Shown here: piece after piece, positions 30,021-38,708 of the stretch
Layout: each line of letters starts with the position of its first letter
Position numbering within the stretch: the first letter of the stretch is position 1
Source of the DNA: an uncultured bacterium
Lineage (GTDB): Bacteria > Omnitrophota > Omnitrophia > Omnitrophales > Aquincolibacteriaceae
Reading direction: 5' to 3'
NCBI GenBank assembly: GCA_964482725.1
Contig: CAYZYT010000006.1
Coordinates: 19,777-83,776, forward strand
DNA length: 64,000 nt
Translations under genes and position numbers: made by a program
Notes under the pieces: generated by a model
What the model was told of the DNA's origin: nothing
What the model saw: only the letters and a program-made list of their open reading frames with translations
Database searches by the model: none

Positions 30021-30383
30021 GTCATCCCCGAATGCTTTTGTCGGGGATCCAGGACATCAGACGATCCTTTCAAAAAGGTCAGCCCACTCGGGATTAAAAC
30101 TTTCAATCAGCCTAAGTTTCCACTTCCGGTTCCATTTCTTGATTTGTTTCTCACGGACGATCGCATCTTCTATGCGTCGCGTTGCTTCACAGTAAACCAG
30201 CAACTTCATCCCATACGCTTTCGCAAAACCTTCTACCAAACCGTTCCGGTGTTCATAAGCCCGTCTTGCGAGATCATTGGTTACGCCGACATACAGAGTC
30301 CCATTCCTCCTGCTCGCCATGATATAGACATAATACGCCTCAAGCATTTTTCTTTACTGGATTCCCGCCTCCGCGGGAATGAC
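30021..30383 (-). mobile_element. Putative autonomous REP-doublet element carrying a GIY-YIG nuclease
   Basis: Hairpin B at 30021-30052 and hairpin A at 30357-30383 tightly enclose the gene (4 and 9 nt gaps); same ends as the gene-less copies at 13819 and 25339. Confidence 0.65.
30057..30347 (-). CDS. Small stand-alone GIY-YIG nuclease family protein
   Basis: YYVYIMASRRNGTLYVGVTNDLARRAYEH...AIVREKQIKKWNRKWKLRLIE.FNPEW; conserved Tyr, Arg, His and Glu present. Confidence 0.92.
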   Translation of the reverse strand: MLEAYYVYIMASRRNGTLYVGVTNDLARRAYEHRNGLVEGFAKAYGMKLLVYCEATRRIEDAIVREKQIKKWNRKWKLRLIESFNPEWADLFERIV

Positions 30384-30414
30384 AAGCATTGAAAACATCC
30401 TTTCTTTTCTCAGT

Positions 30415-30486
30415 TTGGTGACTTTGTGTCAAGGTGACCTTTTGCCTTGGTGTCTTGGTGCCTTTGTGACATTGTGTCTTGGCGAC
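30415..30486. repeat. Right arm: nine phased octamers (consensus TTkGTGwC)
   Basis: TTGGTGAC TTTGTGTC AAGGTGAC CTTTTGCC TTGGTGTC TTGGTGCC TTTGTGAC ATTGTGTC TTGGCGAC. Confidence 0.85.
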
Positions 30487-30514
30487 CTTTTTCGTTTACA
30501 TTTTTCTCTTCGCG

Positions 30515-31786
30515 CTATCGGAGCGAATATTTTCCGTCTCCTGCTCTCTTGATCTTACCTGCCAATTCAAGCCTAAGAAGCTGCACCGGCAACTTCGCGG
30601 GTTCAAGCCCCGTAAACTCAAGTATTTCACTTAAACCCAGAGAACCTTCCTCCTTGAGAAGCTCCGGGATGATCGATTCTTCTTCCGGGATGTCCCGATC
30701 GTCTCCCCCAAAGCACCCTTCCATTTTTTCATGCTTTACCTCCTGCTCGCCTGCCGGTTGTCCGTTGACCACCTTCTTTTCGCCTTGTGTCTTGTGACTT
30801 TGTGACAAGTGACTCGATGTCTGTCGTTGACCGTCGTCCGTTGACCGTTGATCATTACTTCCCGTGCCTTCCCCATCGGACGTCGAGAACGCCGGTTCAA
30901 ATTTATTTTCCCATTTCAGCCGGTCGGCAAGCGCAAGAAGGATATCCTCAGGGGTTTCCACAAGGCATGCGCCTTCCTTGATGAGTTGATGGCATCCGCG
31001 CGAAGTCAATTGATCGACGGGACCCGGGAGGGCGAAAATTTCCCGCCCCTGCTCAACTGCCTGATGCGCTGTAATGAGAGACCCGCTCCGGGAGTGAGCC
31101 TCCACGACAAAGGTAGCATACGAAAGCCCCGAAAGAATCCGGTTCCTGCGTGGAAAATTCTCCGGAAGCGGCGGCGTCCCCAAGGGATATTCACTCAAAA
31201 TGGCGCCCCGCTCCGCGATCTTCTTAAAGAGCCCTTCGTGCTCCTTCGGATAGATCACATCAAGCCCGCAACCCATGACCGCGATCGTTCGACCGTAAGA
31301 GACATGGAGTGCACCGTCGTGCGCCACCTGGTCGATCCCGCGCGCGAGGCCTGAAACGATCGTCAAGCCTCGCGCAGCGAGCTCCTGCGCGAAGCGCTTG
31401 GCCTGCGTCCGTCCATAAAAACTCGGATGCCGCGTCCCGACGATCGCAATCGCGTTCCGGTCATTCTCGAGCAAGGCTCCTTTTTTATAAAGAACGAGCG
31501 GCGGGTCCGAGACCTCTTTAAGGAGCGCCGGATACTCGCCGTCCGAGTAGAGTAAAAAATCGATCCCTTTTTGCGCACAAAGCTCGATCTCTTTTTCCGG
31601 ATTAAAAGAAAGCGCATTTTCCGCGGCTGGAAGCTCCTTCAAAAGATCTTCCACTTCCATCCTTACGGCGATTTCCCCCGCATTTTTCCCTTCCGAAAGA
31701 AGCGTGATGACCCTGCGCCTTCCTTCGATCCTGAGCCGGTTCAGCATCAGGAACGCCCGGACTTCCGCCGCTTCGCCTGATGTCAT
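30515..31786 (-). CDS. dprA: DNA-processing protein DprA (Smf) with long linker and C-terminal wHTH
   Basis: YPALLKEVSDPP, AIVGTR, VSGLARGID, FPRRNRILSGLS, VVEA..SGSLITA, LLRLELAG. Confidence 0.93.
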   Translation of the reverse strand: MTSGEAAEVRAFLMLNRLRIEGRRRVITLLSEGKNAGEIAVRMEVEDLLKELPAAENALSFNPEKEIELCAQKGIDFLLYSDGEYPALLKEVSDPPLVLYKKGALLENDRNAIAIVGTRHPSFYGRTQAKRFAQELAARGLTIVSGLARGIDQVAHDGALHVSYGRTIAVMGCGLDVIYPKEHEGLFKKIAERGAILSEYPLGTPPLPENFPRRNRILSGLSYATFVVEAHSRSGSLITAHQAVEQGREIFALPGPVDQLTSRGCHQLIKEGACLVETPEDILLALADRLKWENKFEPAFSTSDGEGTGSNDQRSTDDGQRQTSSHLSQSHKTQGEKKVVNGQPAGEQEVKHEKMEGCFGGDDRDIPEEESIIPELLKEEGSLGLSEILEFTGLEPAKLPVQLLRLELAGKIKRAGDGKYSLR

Positions 31787-32295
31787 GGGTGAAACCCGAT
31801 CAGCCTTTTTTTTCGGACGGGCGGGTTGGAAAGTCTGCGAACCGCGTTGAAGAGAGCTCGGAAATTCGCATCGTACTGCATTTCCATTTCTTCGATCTTC
31901 CTGGCCAGATCCTTGTGGGACGCAAGAATCTCTCGCAGCCGGACAAAAGCCCTCACGACCTGGAGGCTCATCCGGACCGCCAAGCGGGTATTAAGCACGG
32001 TTGCAAGCATGATCGCCCCATATTCGGTAAATGCGTTTGGAAGCGCCGATGAAAATTTGAGCTTCCTGAGGTGGTCGCAATTTGCGACCACCTCCTTTTT
32101 CTCTTCCAGAGTTAATCGAAACATGAAATCTGACGGAAAACGGTCCACATTTCTCCGCACCTGCTCATTAAGCCTCTTGGTGCTGACCCCGTAAAGCCCC
32201 GCAAGATCGGCATCCATCATCACCTTTTGCCCTCGCAGGAAGAGAATAGTCTTGAAGATCCTTTCATGAGGAACAAGACAGGTTCGCTTTTTCAT
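31783..32295 (-). CDS. ORF6N (KilA-N-like) DNA-binding domain protein
   Basis: RGQKVMMDADLAGLYGVSTKRLNEQVRRN..RFPSDFMFRLT, PNAFTEYGAIMLATVLN, C-terminal IGF. Confidence 0.88.
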   Translation of the reverse strand: MKKRTCLVPHERIFKTILFLRGQKVMMDADLAGLYGVSTKRLNEQVRRNVDRFPSDFMFRLTLEEKKEVVANCDHLRKLKFSSALPNAFTEYGAIMLATVLNTRLAVRMSLQVVRAFVRLREILASHKDLARKIEEMEMQYDANFRALFNAVRRLSNPPVRKKRLIGFHP

Positions 32296-32391
32296 GGTAA
32301 TAGCATAACAAAATATTAATTATTCATCAATATTTATTTCGCTTTTAGCGATTTTTGAGACCCCCCCCTAAAATCCTAGCGAGGAAAAAGA

Positions 32392-33489
32392 TTACTTCGC
32401 GCCGGCGAGACGGAGGATCTTGCGGATGCTTTCGAGGGAAATGTTTTTTTCGAGGGTGACTTGGCCGATGCGCCGGGGCAGGACAAAGCGAAGCATCCCT
32501 TTGCGCTTCTTCTTATCGGTCATCATGGCTTTCAAGATCACGGACATTTTCAGATTGAATTTATTGATTGAAACAGGCAATTTCATAGCAACGAGAAGCT
32601 TCATCTGGCGCCAGGGAAGTTCTTCGGAGCAAAGCCCAAGATCCGCTGCGAGTTGCGCGGCCATCATCATTCCGATCGCGACCGCTTCCCCATGCACCAG
32701 CCCCTTATAGCCCAGCGCTCCTTCGATCCCATGCGCAAAAGTATGCCCATAGTTGAGGATCGCACGCTCCCCTTTTGTCTCGAACTCATCGCGGCTTACG
32801 ACCCCCGCCTTGATCTTGGCGCAAGCGCGAACGACCTTCTCGATCGCCCCTAGGTCTCTTCTCAGCATCTTTTTGCAGTTTTTCTCCAGAAAATTAAAAA
32901 GAGAGGGATCGCGGATCACACCGTATTTCACGATCTCCCCGAAGGAAGCGCAAAGCTCGCGCTGAGGAAGTGAGCGAAGCGTGCTCACATCCGAGATCAC
33001 AAGCGACGGAGGCCAGAAAGCCCCCATGAGGTTCTTTCCCTCTTTGAGGTCGATCGCCGTCTTTCCCCCGATCGCACTGTCCACCTGGGCCAGCAAGGTC
33101 GTCGCGATATTCACATAACGGATCCCTCGAAGATAGACCGATGCCGCAAACCCCGCGAGGTCGCTCACCACGCCCCCACCCACAGCAACAATCCCGTCCC
33201 TGCGCTCAAATCCCTTGGCGAGAAGATCGTAGGAGAGCCGAAAAAGCTCTGCCCCGGATTTTGCGATCTCCCCATTGGGCAGCGTATGGGAATGAACCTC
33301 AAAACCTTTTTTGGAAAGCGATGCCGCGATGACTTTCAGATAAGGCGCAAGATTCTTCTGGGAAACGATCATCAGCTTCGCCCCGGGCGAAAAAATACCG
33401 GACACCCGTGCGCCGGCCTGCGACAACAAGCCTTGGCCGACACAGATCTTATAATTTCCCTTCACGCTTTTTACTTGTATGGTTTTCAC
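32392..33489 (-). CDS. aroB: 3-dehydroquinate synthase
   Basis: GGGVVSDLAGF, TTLLAQVDSAIGGKT, LNYGHTFAHGIE, HGEAVAIG. Confidence 0.95.
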   Translation of the reverse strand: MKTIQVKSVKGNYKICVGQGLLSQAGARVSGIFSPGAKLMIVSQKNLAPYLKVIAASLSKKGFEVHSHTLPNGEIAKSGAELFRLSYDLLAKGFERRDGIVAVGGGVVSDLAGFAASVYLRGIRYVNIATTLLAQVDSAIGGKTAIDLKEGKNLMGAFWPPSLVISDVSTLRSLPQRELCASFGEIVKYGVIRDPSLFNFLEKNCKKMLRRDLGAIEKVVRACAKIKAGVVSRDEFETKGERAILNYGHTFAHGIEGALGYKGLVHGEAVAIGMMMAAQLAADLGLCSEELPWRQMKLLVAMKLPVSINKFNLKMSVILKAMMTDKKKRKGMLRFVLPRRIGQVTLEKNISLESIRKILRLAGAK

Positions 33490-34004
33490 GTTCTTGACCT
33501 CATCATTTCCCGGATGTCATGCGCAACATCTTCAGGGATCTCGCCATCCGTCAGCACGGAAAAGTGGCAGGCGTTCTCATAAAGAATCTCACGGTCACTT
33601 AGGATCTGCCGAAGCGCACCGAGCGGGTCGGGCTTGTTTAGAAGCGGCCGGTCCTTGGAGTACTGAACCCTCTGCCACAAGGATTCCGCGGACGCTTTAA
33701 GCAGTACGACCTTTCCTGTCTTTTTCATGCGCCGAACATTCTCTTCACGCAGGACAATACCTCCGCCCGTCGCGATCACCTGCCCGTGCTGCTTTGAAAA
33801 ATGCTCCAGGACCGAAGACTCCAGATTGCGAAAATAGGGCTCGCCGGACCCCTCAAAGATCTCGGAGATCGAACGCCCTTCTCGGGCCTGGATCTCGGCA
33901 TCCAGATCCACAAATGCGTCGTCGAGCAGATCCGCCAAGACTCTCCCGGTCGCGGTCTTCCCGGAGCCCATCATCCCAATAAGATAAACGTTATCGTTGC
34001 TCAT
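33486..34004 (-). CDS. aroK: Shikimate kinase
   Basis: GMMGSGKT, GEPYFR, ATGGG, RPLL. Confidence 0.95.
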   Translation of the reverse strand: MSNDNVYLIGMMGSGKTATGRVLADLLDDAFVDLDAEIQAREGRSISEIFEGSGEPYFRNLESSVLEHFSKQHGQVIATGGGIVLREENVRRMKKTGKVVLLKASAESLWQRVQYSKDRPLLNKPDPLGALRQILSDREILYENACHFSVLTDGEIPEDVAHDIREMMRSRT

Positions 34005-34025
34005 TTGTCTGGCCGTTCAGGGTTC

Positions 34026-34092
34026 CGGAGGATGGAGGGCGGATGGCGACAGACTTGGTTTTCCGCCATCCTCCCTCCGCCTCCCACCATCC
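34026..34092. repeat. Inverted heptamer array between aroC and aroK
   Basis: GGAGGAT GGAGGGC GGATGGC - spacer - CCGCCAT CCTCCCT CCGCCTC CCACCAT. Confidence 0.7.
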
Positions 34093-34096
34093 TGCT

Positions 34097-35215
34097 TTAT
34101 TGTCGGCTATGCTTTAAATAACCATCGTAATTACGGCGGATCTCACGGATAGAATCACCGCCAAATTTTTCGAGAAAAGCGTCCGCAAGCGTATACGCCA
34201 CGAGTGCTTCCCCGATCACGCTCCCGGCCGGCACCGCGCAGACATCGCTGCGCTCAAAATCCGCCTTTTCCACTTTTTTCGTTTTCATGTTCACCGAAGC
34301 AAGCGGTCGCGCGAGCGTCGAGATCGGCTTCATCGTAAGACGGACCACGAGATCCGCCCCGTTCGTCATCCCGCCTTCAAAACCCCCGGCATGATTCGTC
34401 TTATGGAAATAGCCTCGGGTCTTCCCGTAAAATATTTCGTCATGCGCTTGGGAACCTGGAACGCCCGCGAGCGCCACGCCTTCTCCGATCTCAACCGCTT
34501 TCGCGGATTGCTGGCTCATCAGGATCATAGCGATCCGCGCATCAAGCTTTCTTTCAAAATGAACATAAGAGCCCAAGCCGATCGGCAGACCCGTGGCACG
34601 GACCTCATATTTCCCGCCGAGTGAATCTCCGCACTTGATGGCTTTCGTGATCGCCTGCATCATGGCCTTTTCGGTCTTGCGACAGACGCAGCGAACGGAC
34701 GAATCCTTGGCACCTTTTCGAATCTCTTCAACCGTCCTATCTCGCTCCGGGAGCACCGCATTCCCGATCTGGACCACGTGAGCGGCGATCTCGATCCCAA
34801 ACGCCTTGAGTAAAAGCTTGCAAGCCGCGCCCACCGCAACGCGCATGGAAGTCTCGCGCGCACTCGAACGTTCGAGCACCGCCCGGATACCCTGATCGTA
34901 CTTCAGAGATCCCGCAAGGTCCGCATGGCCAGGCCGAGGGCGGAAAAGCTCCGGCATTTCTTCGATCTTAAAGTCCTTGTTCGTGAGAAGGAATCCCAAC
35001 GGCGCGCCGGTCGTGACCTTCTTGATCACGCCCCCCAGGATCTCCACACCGTCTGTTTCGATCTTCTGTCTGTCCCCGCGTCCGTACCCTGCCTGCCGGC
35101 GACGCATCTCTCCATTGATAAAATCACGGTCAACCGTAAGGCCGCTTGGGAAACCTTCAAGAATAGCGGCCATGTAATGACCGTGCGACTCTCCTGCAGT
35201 GATATATTTGAGCAT
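34097..35215 (-). CDS. aroC: Chorismate synthase
   Basis: TAGESHG, RPRPGHAD, ERSSARET, GGFEGGMTNG, MKPISTL, ERSDVC. Confidence 0.96.
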   Translation of the reverse strand: MLKYITAGESHGHYMAAILEGFPSGLTVDRDFINGEMRRRQAGYGRGDRQKIETDGVEILGGVIKKVTTGAPLGFLLTNKDFKIEEMPELFRPRPGHADLAGSLKYDQGIRAVLERSSARETSMRVAVGAACKLLLKAFGIEIAAHVVQIGNAVLPERDRTVEEIRKGAKDSSVRCVCRKTEKAMMQAITKAIKCGDSLGGKYEVRATGLPIGLGSYVHFERKLDARIAMILMSQQSAKAVEIGEGVALAGVPGSQAHDEIFYGKTRGYFHKTNHAGGFEGGMTNGADLVVRLTMKPISTLARPLASVNMKTKKVEKADFERSDVCAVPAGSVIGEALVAYTLADAFLEKFGGDSIREIRRNYDGYLKHSRQ

Positions 35216-35216
35216 A

Positions 35217-36017
35217 TTAAAAAACTCCATAGGTTTTTGCTAAAAAGTTCAGGACCCGGTCCCCTTCCATAAAGATGAACGCGCTCGCAAGCGCCAAAAA
35301 CGGCCCGAAAGGGATCGTCTCTTCTTTTTTTACAAACCGCTGCCAGAGCGCGAACGGCAAGGCCGGAAAAGGCGCGATAAGAAAAATAAGGCCCACCTTG
35401 GTCACTCCCACAAAGGCGCCGACCATGGCCAGAAGCTTCACATCGCCGCCGCCCATAGCATCCTTACGAAAAACCAGTTTCCCAAGCCATCCGACAAGAA
35501 GCAGGATCCCGCCTCCTGCCAAAAGCCCGGCGCCAGAAGCAAGAAGCTTTTCATACCAAAGAGTTTGAGCAAAATGCCCGTGGCCGGTGACACTCAGCGC
35601 CAGCCCCGCGATCATCCCCGTGATCGTGATCTCGTCGGGAATCAGCCCGGTTTCAAAATCCGTCATGGTGACCACGATGATCGTTGCAAAAAAAATCGTG
35701 CTCGCCGCAAATTCGGCCGACAAACCGTACCGCTGCCATAAAAACCATGCGATCCCTGCCGTAGTCAGCTCGACGAGAAAATAGCGAAAGGCGATCGGCG
35801 CCCGGCAACGGAAGCATTTCCCGCGGAGCAGGAGATAGCTCACAAGCGGTATGTTCTCATACCAAGGGATCATCGCCTTGCAATGAGGGCAAAAAGACCG
35901 CGGCAACACGATCGAAAGATCGCGCGGCATCCTGTAAATGCAAACGTTCAGAAAACTTCCCACGATCGCACCGGCAGCAAAAACGAACCACGCCACTGTT
36001 ATGGCATCCATACTCAC
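35217..36017 (-). CDS. pilD: Prepilin peptidase (A24)
   Basis: GSFLNVCIYR, SFCPHC, WYENIP, GKCFRC, MGGGDVKL, IPFGPFL. Confidence 0.92.
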   Translation of the reverse strand: MSMDAITVAWFVFAAGAIVGSFLNVCIYRMPRDLSIVLPRSFCPHCKAMIPWYENIPLVSYLLLRGKCFRCRAPIAFRYFLVELTTAGIAWFLWQRYGLSAEFAASTIFFATIIVVTMTDFETGLIPDEITITGMIAGLALSVTGHGHFAQTLWYEKLLASGAGLLAGGGILLLVGWLGKLVFRKDAMGGGDVKLLAMVGAFVGVTKVGLIFLIAPFPALPFALWQRFVKKEETIPFGPFLALASAFIFMEGDRVLNFLAKTYGVF

Positions 36018-36212
36018 CCCGTTAGAGAGAGGAAGCGCTAAAAGCGCTTTCCTTTATTTCAGAAAAACCGTTTCTTAAAATCGAGCGCGCGTTTGACTCT
36101 GATTTTTTAAAACCCTACCCATGGATCGCTAACGGGACAAGCGTCCTTTTCCTTTGAGCGCCTGTCCTGGCATCTGTCTTTTTCTGACTGAAGGTTGCCA
36201 GGACTGGTCCAA

Positions 36213-37148
36213 TTAACCTTTGAATTTTTTGATTGAGCATTGGGCCTGAAGTAGCGACTGCCGCATCACGCCCACCGGCGCCTTCCGCCCCGTCCAATGT
36301 TCCAACGCCCGAGCGCCCTGATAAAGCAGCATCCCGAGCCCATTTAAAGTCCTGTGCCCTTTCTTTTTCGCATCCTTCAAAAAAGGCGTCATGGCCGGAT
36401 TATAAATAAGATCCATAAAAAGCATCGAGCCGCAGCTTGCTTTTTGCGAGACTCGCCCCCGTGGAGCTACATGAGTCTTTCCAACCCGGGGGATCCATCC
36501 TTCCGGAACCACTCTCGGGTCCTGCGGCTTCAACCCAAGGGGCGTTGCATTAATGATAACATCGGCCTTTTGAAGGGCGTCCTTGACCTCCGGAGTTCCG
36601 GCCGGGACAGCCTGATAACTCACCCGTTTGAAAAGCTTCCGCATGTCGTTTGCTATCTTCTGGGCTTTCCCAGGAAAACAGTCGGCGATCAGAATTTCCC
36701 GGACACCCTCCCGTGAAAGGCCATACACAACCGCGCGGGCCGCACCTCCGGCGCCAAGAATCACCGCCTTTTTCCCGGACGGACGAAAACCGCCGTCTTT
36801 CGTCAGCGCCAGGAGAAAGCCTTCCATGTCCGTATTCGTACCGACCCATCGCTTCCCCTGTCTAAAAACCGTATTGACGGCTCCGATCGCACGCGCTTCC
36901 GGCCGGACGCTGTCGAGATAGCTCATGACGGTTTCTTTGTAGGGAACCGTGACATTAAAGCCCGAGAGAGAAAGTTGGGAGAATCGCCTCATAAGCTTTT
37001 TGAAAGCAGCGGGAGCGAGTTCTAACACGATATAGTTCGCATCAATCCCAAGTTTGCGAAACGCAGCCTCGTGCATGGCCGGAGAAAGAGTGTGCGACAA
37101 GGGGTGCCCGAAGATCCCGTAAAGCTTGAAAGTTTTTTTCTTTTTCAC
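36213..37148 (-). CDS. aroE: Shikimate dehydrogenase
   Basis: HTLSPAMH, GFNVTVPYK, IGAVNT, NTD, GAGGAARA, NATPLG, DLIYNP, GLGMLLYQG. Confidence 0.95.
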   Translation of the reverse strand: MKKKKTFKLYGIFGHPLSHTLSPAMHEAAFRKLGIDANYIVLELAPAAFKKLMRRFSQLSLSGFNVTVPYKETVMSYLDSVRPEARAIGAVNTVFRQGKRWVGTNTDMEGFLLALTKDGGFRPSGKKAVILGAGGAARAVVYGLSREGVREILIADCFPGKAQKIANDMRKLFKRVSYQAVPAGTPEVKDALQKADVIINATPLGLKPQDPRVVPEGWIPRVGKTHVAPRGRVSQKASCGSMLFMDLIYNPAMTPFLKDAKKKGHRTLNGLGMLLYQGARALEHWTGRKAPVGVMRQSLLQAQCSIKKFKG

Positions 37149-38692
37149 ACTGGGGAAGGCTGGCTGGGAGCCCGCTGAGCGTTCGCCGAGACCTTGTTAA
37201 GAGCGAAAAGATAGGCACGGACACTGGCTTCAATAATATCCGTACTTGTGCCGCGACCGGTGACTTCCTTGCCATCGATCTCAAGTTTGACCAGCACTTC
37301 GCCCAAAGCGTCTTTGCCGCTGGTGACCGATTGCAAACCATAATGAATGAGTTTTGCCCTGGAATTCACGATCTTCTCAATGGCTTTGTAGCAGGCATCC
37401 ACAGGACCATCCCCGGTCGAGGCGGCTTCTTGAATCTTGCCTTCATAGGAAAGCTTGATCTGAGCGTGAGGCTTCGCGCGAGTCTCCGAAACCACCTTCA
37501 TGGAAACCAACTTCCAGGTCTCCGGAATCTTGGCGATCTCATTTTGTAGGATGGCCTCGAGATCTTCATCGAAAATATACTTCTTCTTGTCCGCAAGCGC
37601 CTTAAATTGAACGAAAGCCTGATCCAGTTCTTTGGGTGCCAATTGAAACCCGAGCTTTTTCACGCGAACCTCGAAGGCATGCTTGCCCGACAGCTTCCCG
37701 AGCATCAGCTGGCTTCCGGAAAGCCCGATCTTTTTGGGGTCCATGATCTCATAGGTCTGGCGTTTCTTGAGAATCCCATCCTGATGGATGCCCGAGGCAT
37801 GCCAGAAGGCATTGCGCCCGACGATCGCCTTGTTAGGCTGAACGACCATCCCCGTCAAATGCGATACCAACCGCGAGGCTTTGGTGATCTCCGAGAGCTT
37901 GATATCCGTATAACAATCCATGAAATCCGCGCGCGTATCGATCGTCATGGCGATCTCCTCGAGCGAAGCGTTCCCCGCACGTTCTCCGATCCCATTCACC
38001 GTACATTCCACCTGATTTGCGCCCGCAAGAACGGCTGCCAGAGAATTGGCCGTTGCAAGACCGAGATCGTTGTGACAATGGACCGAAAGAACCACCTTCT
38101 TCCCAAGCCCGGGGTTTTTCCTGATCAAGAAACGGATGAGCTCCGTGAATTCCTGCGGGACGGTGTAACCGACCGTATCGGGGATATTGATCGAAGTTGC
38201 CCCCGCATGGATCGCGGCCCGCACGGTTTCCGCCAAGAAATCCCGTTCGGTACGTGATGCATCCTCCGGAGAAAATTCGATCTGCTTGAAATCTTTGGCC
38301 GCAGACGTGATCTGCTGGGCCACCATCGCGAGGATCTCCTTTTTATTCTTTTTGAGCTTGAACTCGCGATGGATCTGGGAGGTCGCGAGAAAAACATGCA
38401 GGCGCTTTTTCGCGGCCCGCTCAAGCGCCCTCCGGCAGGCGTCAATATCCCTCGGGATCATGCGCGAAAGTCCGCAGATCACGGGTTTACGCACATTTTC
38501 CGCGATCATCGCAACCGCCTTCATTTCCCCCAGCGACGACGCCGGGAAACCGGCCTCGATCACATCGACATTCAATCGCTCCAGCTGACGCGCGATCTTC
38601 AGCTTCTCGTCCGGCGTGAGCGATGCCCCGGGCGATTGCTCGCCGTCCCGGAGCGTGGTGTCAAATATATGGATTTTGCGTTTCGTTGTCAT
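37145..38692 (-). CDS. leuA: 2-isopropylmalate synthase
   Basis: FDTTLRDGEQSPG, HCHNDLG, NGIGERAGNA, GIHQDG, C-terminal regulatory domain. Confidence 0.95.
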   Translation of the reverse strand: MTTKRKIHIFDTTLRDGEQSPGASLTPDEKLKIARQLERLNVDVIEAGFPASSLGEMKAVAMIAENVRKPVICGLSRMIPRDIDACRRALERAAKKRLHVFLATSQIHREFKLKKNKKEILAMVAQQITSAAKDFKQIEFSPEDASRTERDFLAETVRAAIHAGATSINIPDTVGYTVPQEFTELIRFLIRKNPGLGKKVVLSVHCHNDLGLATANSLAAVLAGANQVECTVNGIGERAGNASLEEIAMTIDTRADFMDCYTDIKLSEITKASRLVSHLTGMVVQPNKAIVGRNAFWHASGIHQDGILKKRQTYEIMDPKKIGLSGSQLMLGKLSGKHAFEVRVKKLGFQLAPKELDQAFVQFKALADKKKYIFDEDLEAILQNEIAKIPETWKLVSMKVVSETRAKPHAQIKLSYEGKIQEAASTGDGPVDACYKAIEKIVNSRAKLIHYGLQSVTSGKDALGEVLVKLEIDGKEVTGRGTSTDIIEASVRAYLFALNKVSANAQRAPSQPSPV

Positions 38693-38708
38693 AACATCCT
38701 AAAAAAGG

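Noticed and set aside
30415-30486. Possible CRISPR array
   Set aside because: The units are contiguous 8-mers with no spacers, and there are no cas genes in the window.
29737-30797. Plus-strand ORFs 29737-30195, 30144-30392 and 30447-30797
   Set aside because: These are translations of repeats and of the antisense strands of GIY-YIG and dprA (e.g. LDSRLRGND is hairpin A read in the other direction).
25437-32295. Prophage or integrative element (tyrosine recombinase + ORF6N + nuclease)
   Set aside because: The recombinase is XerC-like in the conserved dprA-topA-xerC context; no structural, replication or att features were seen.
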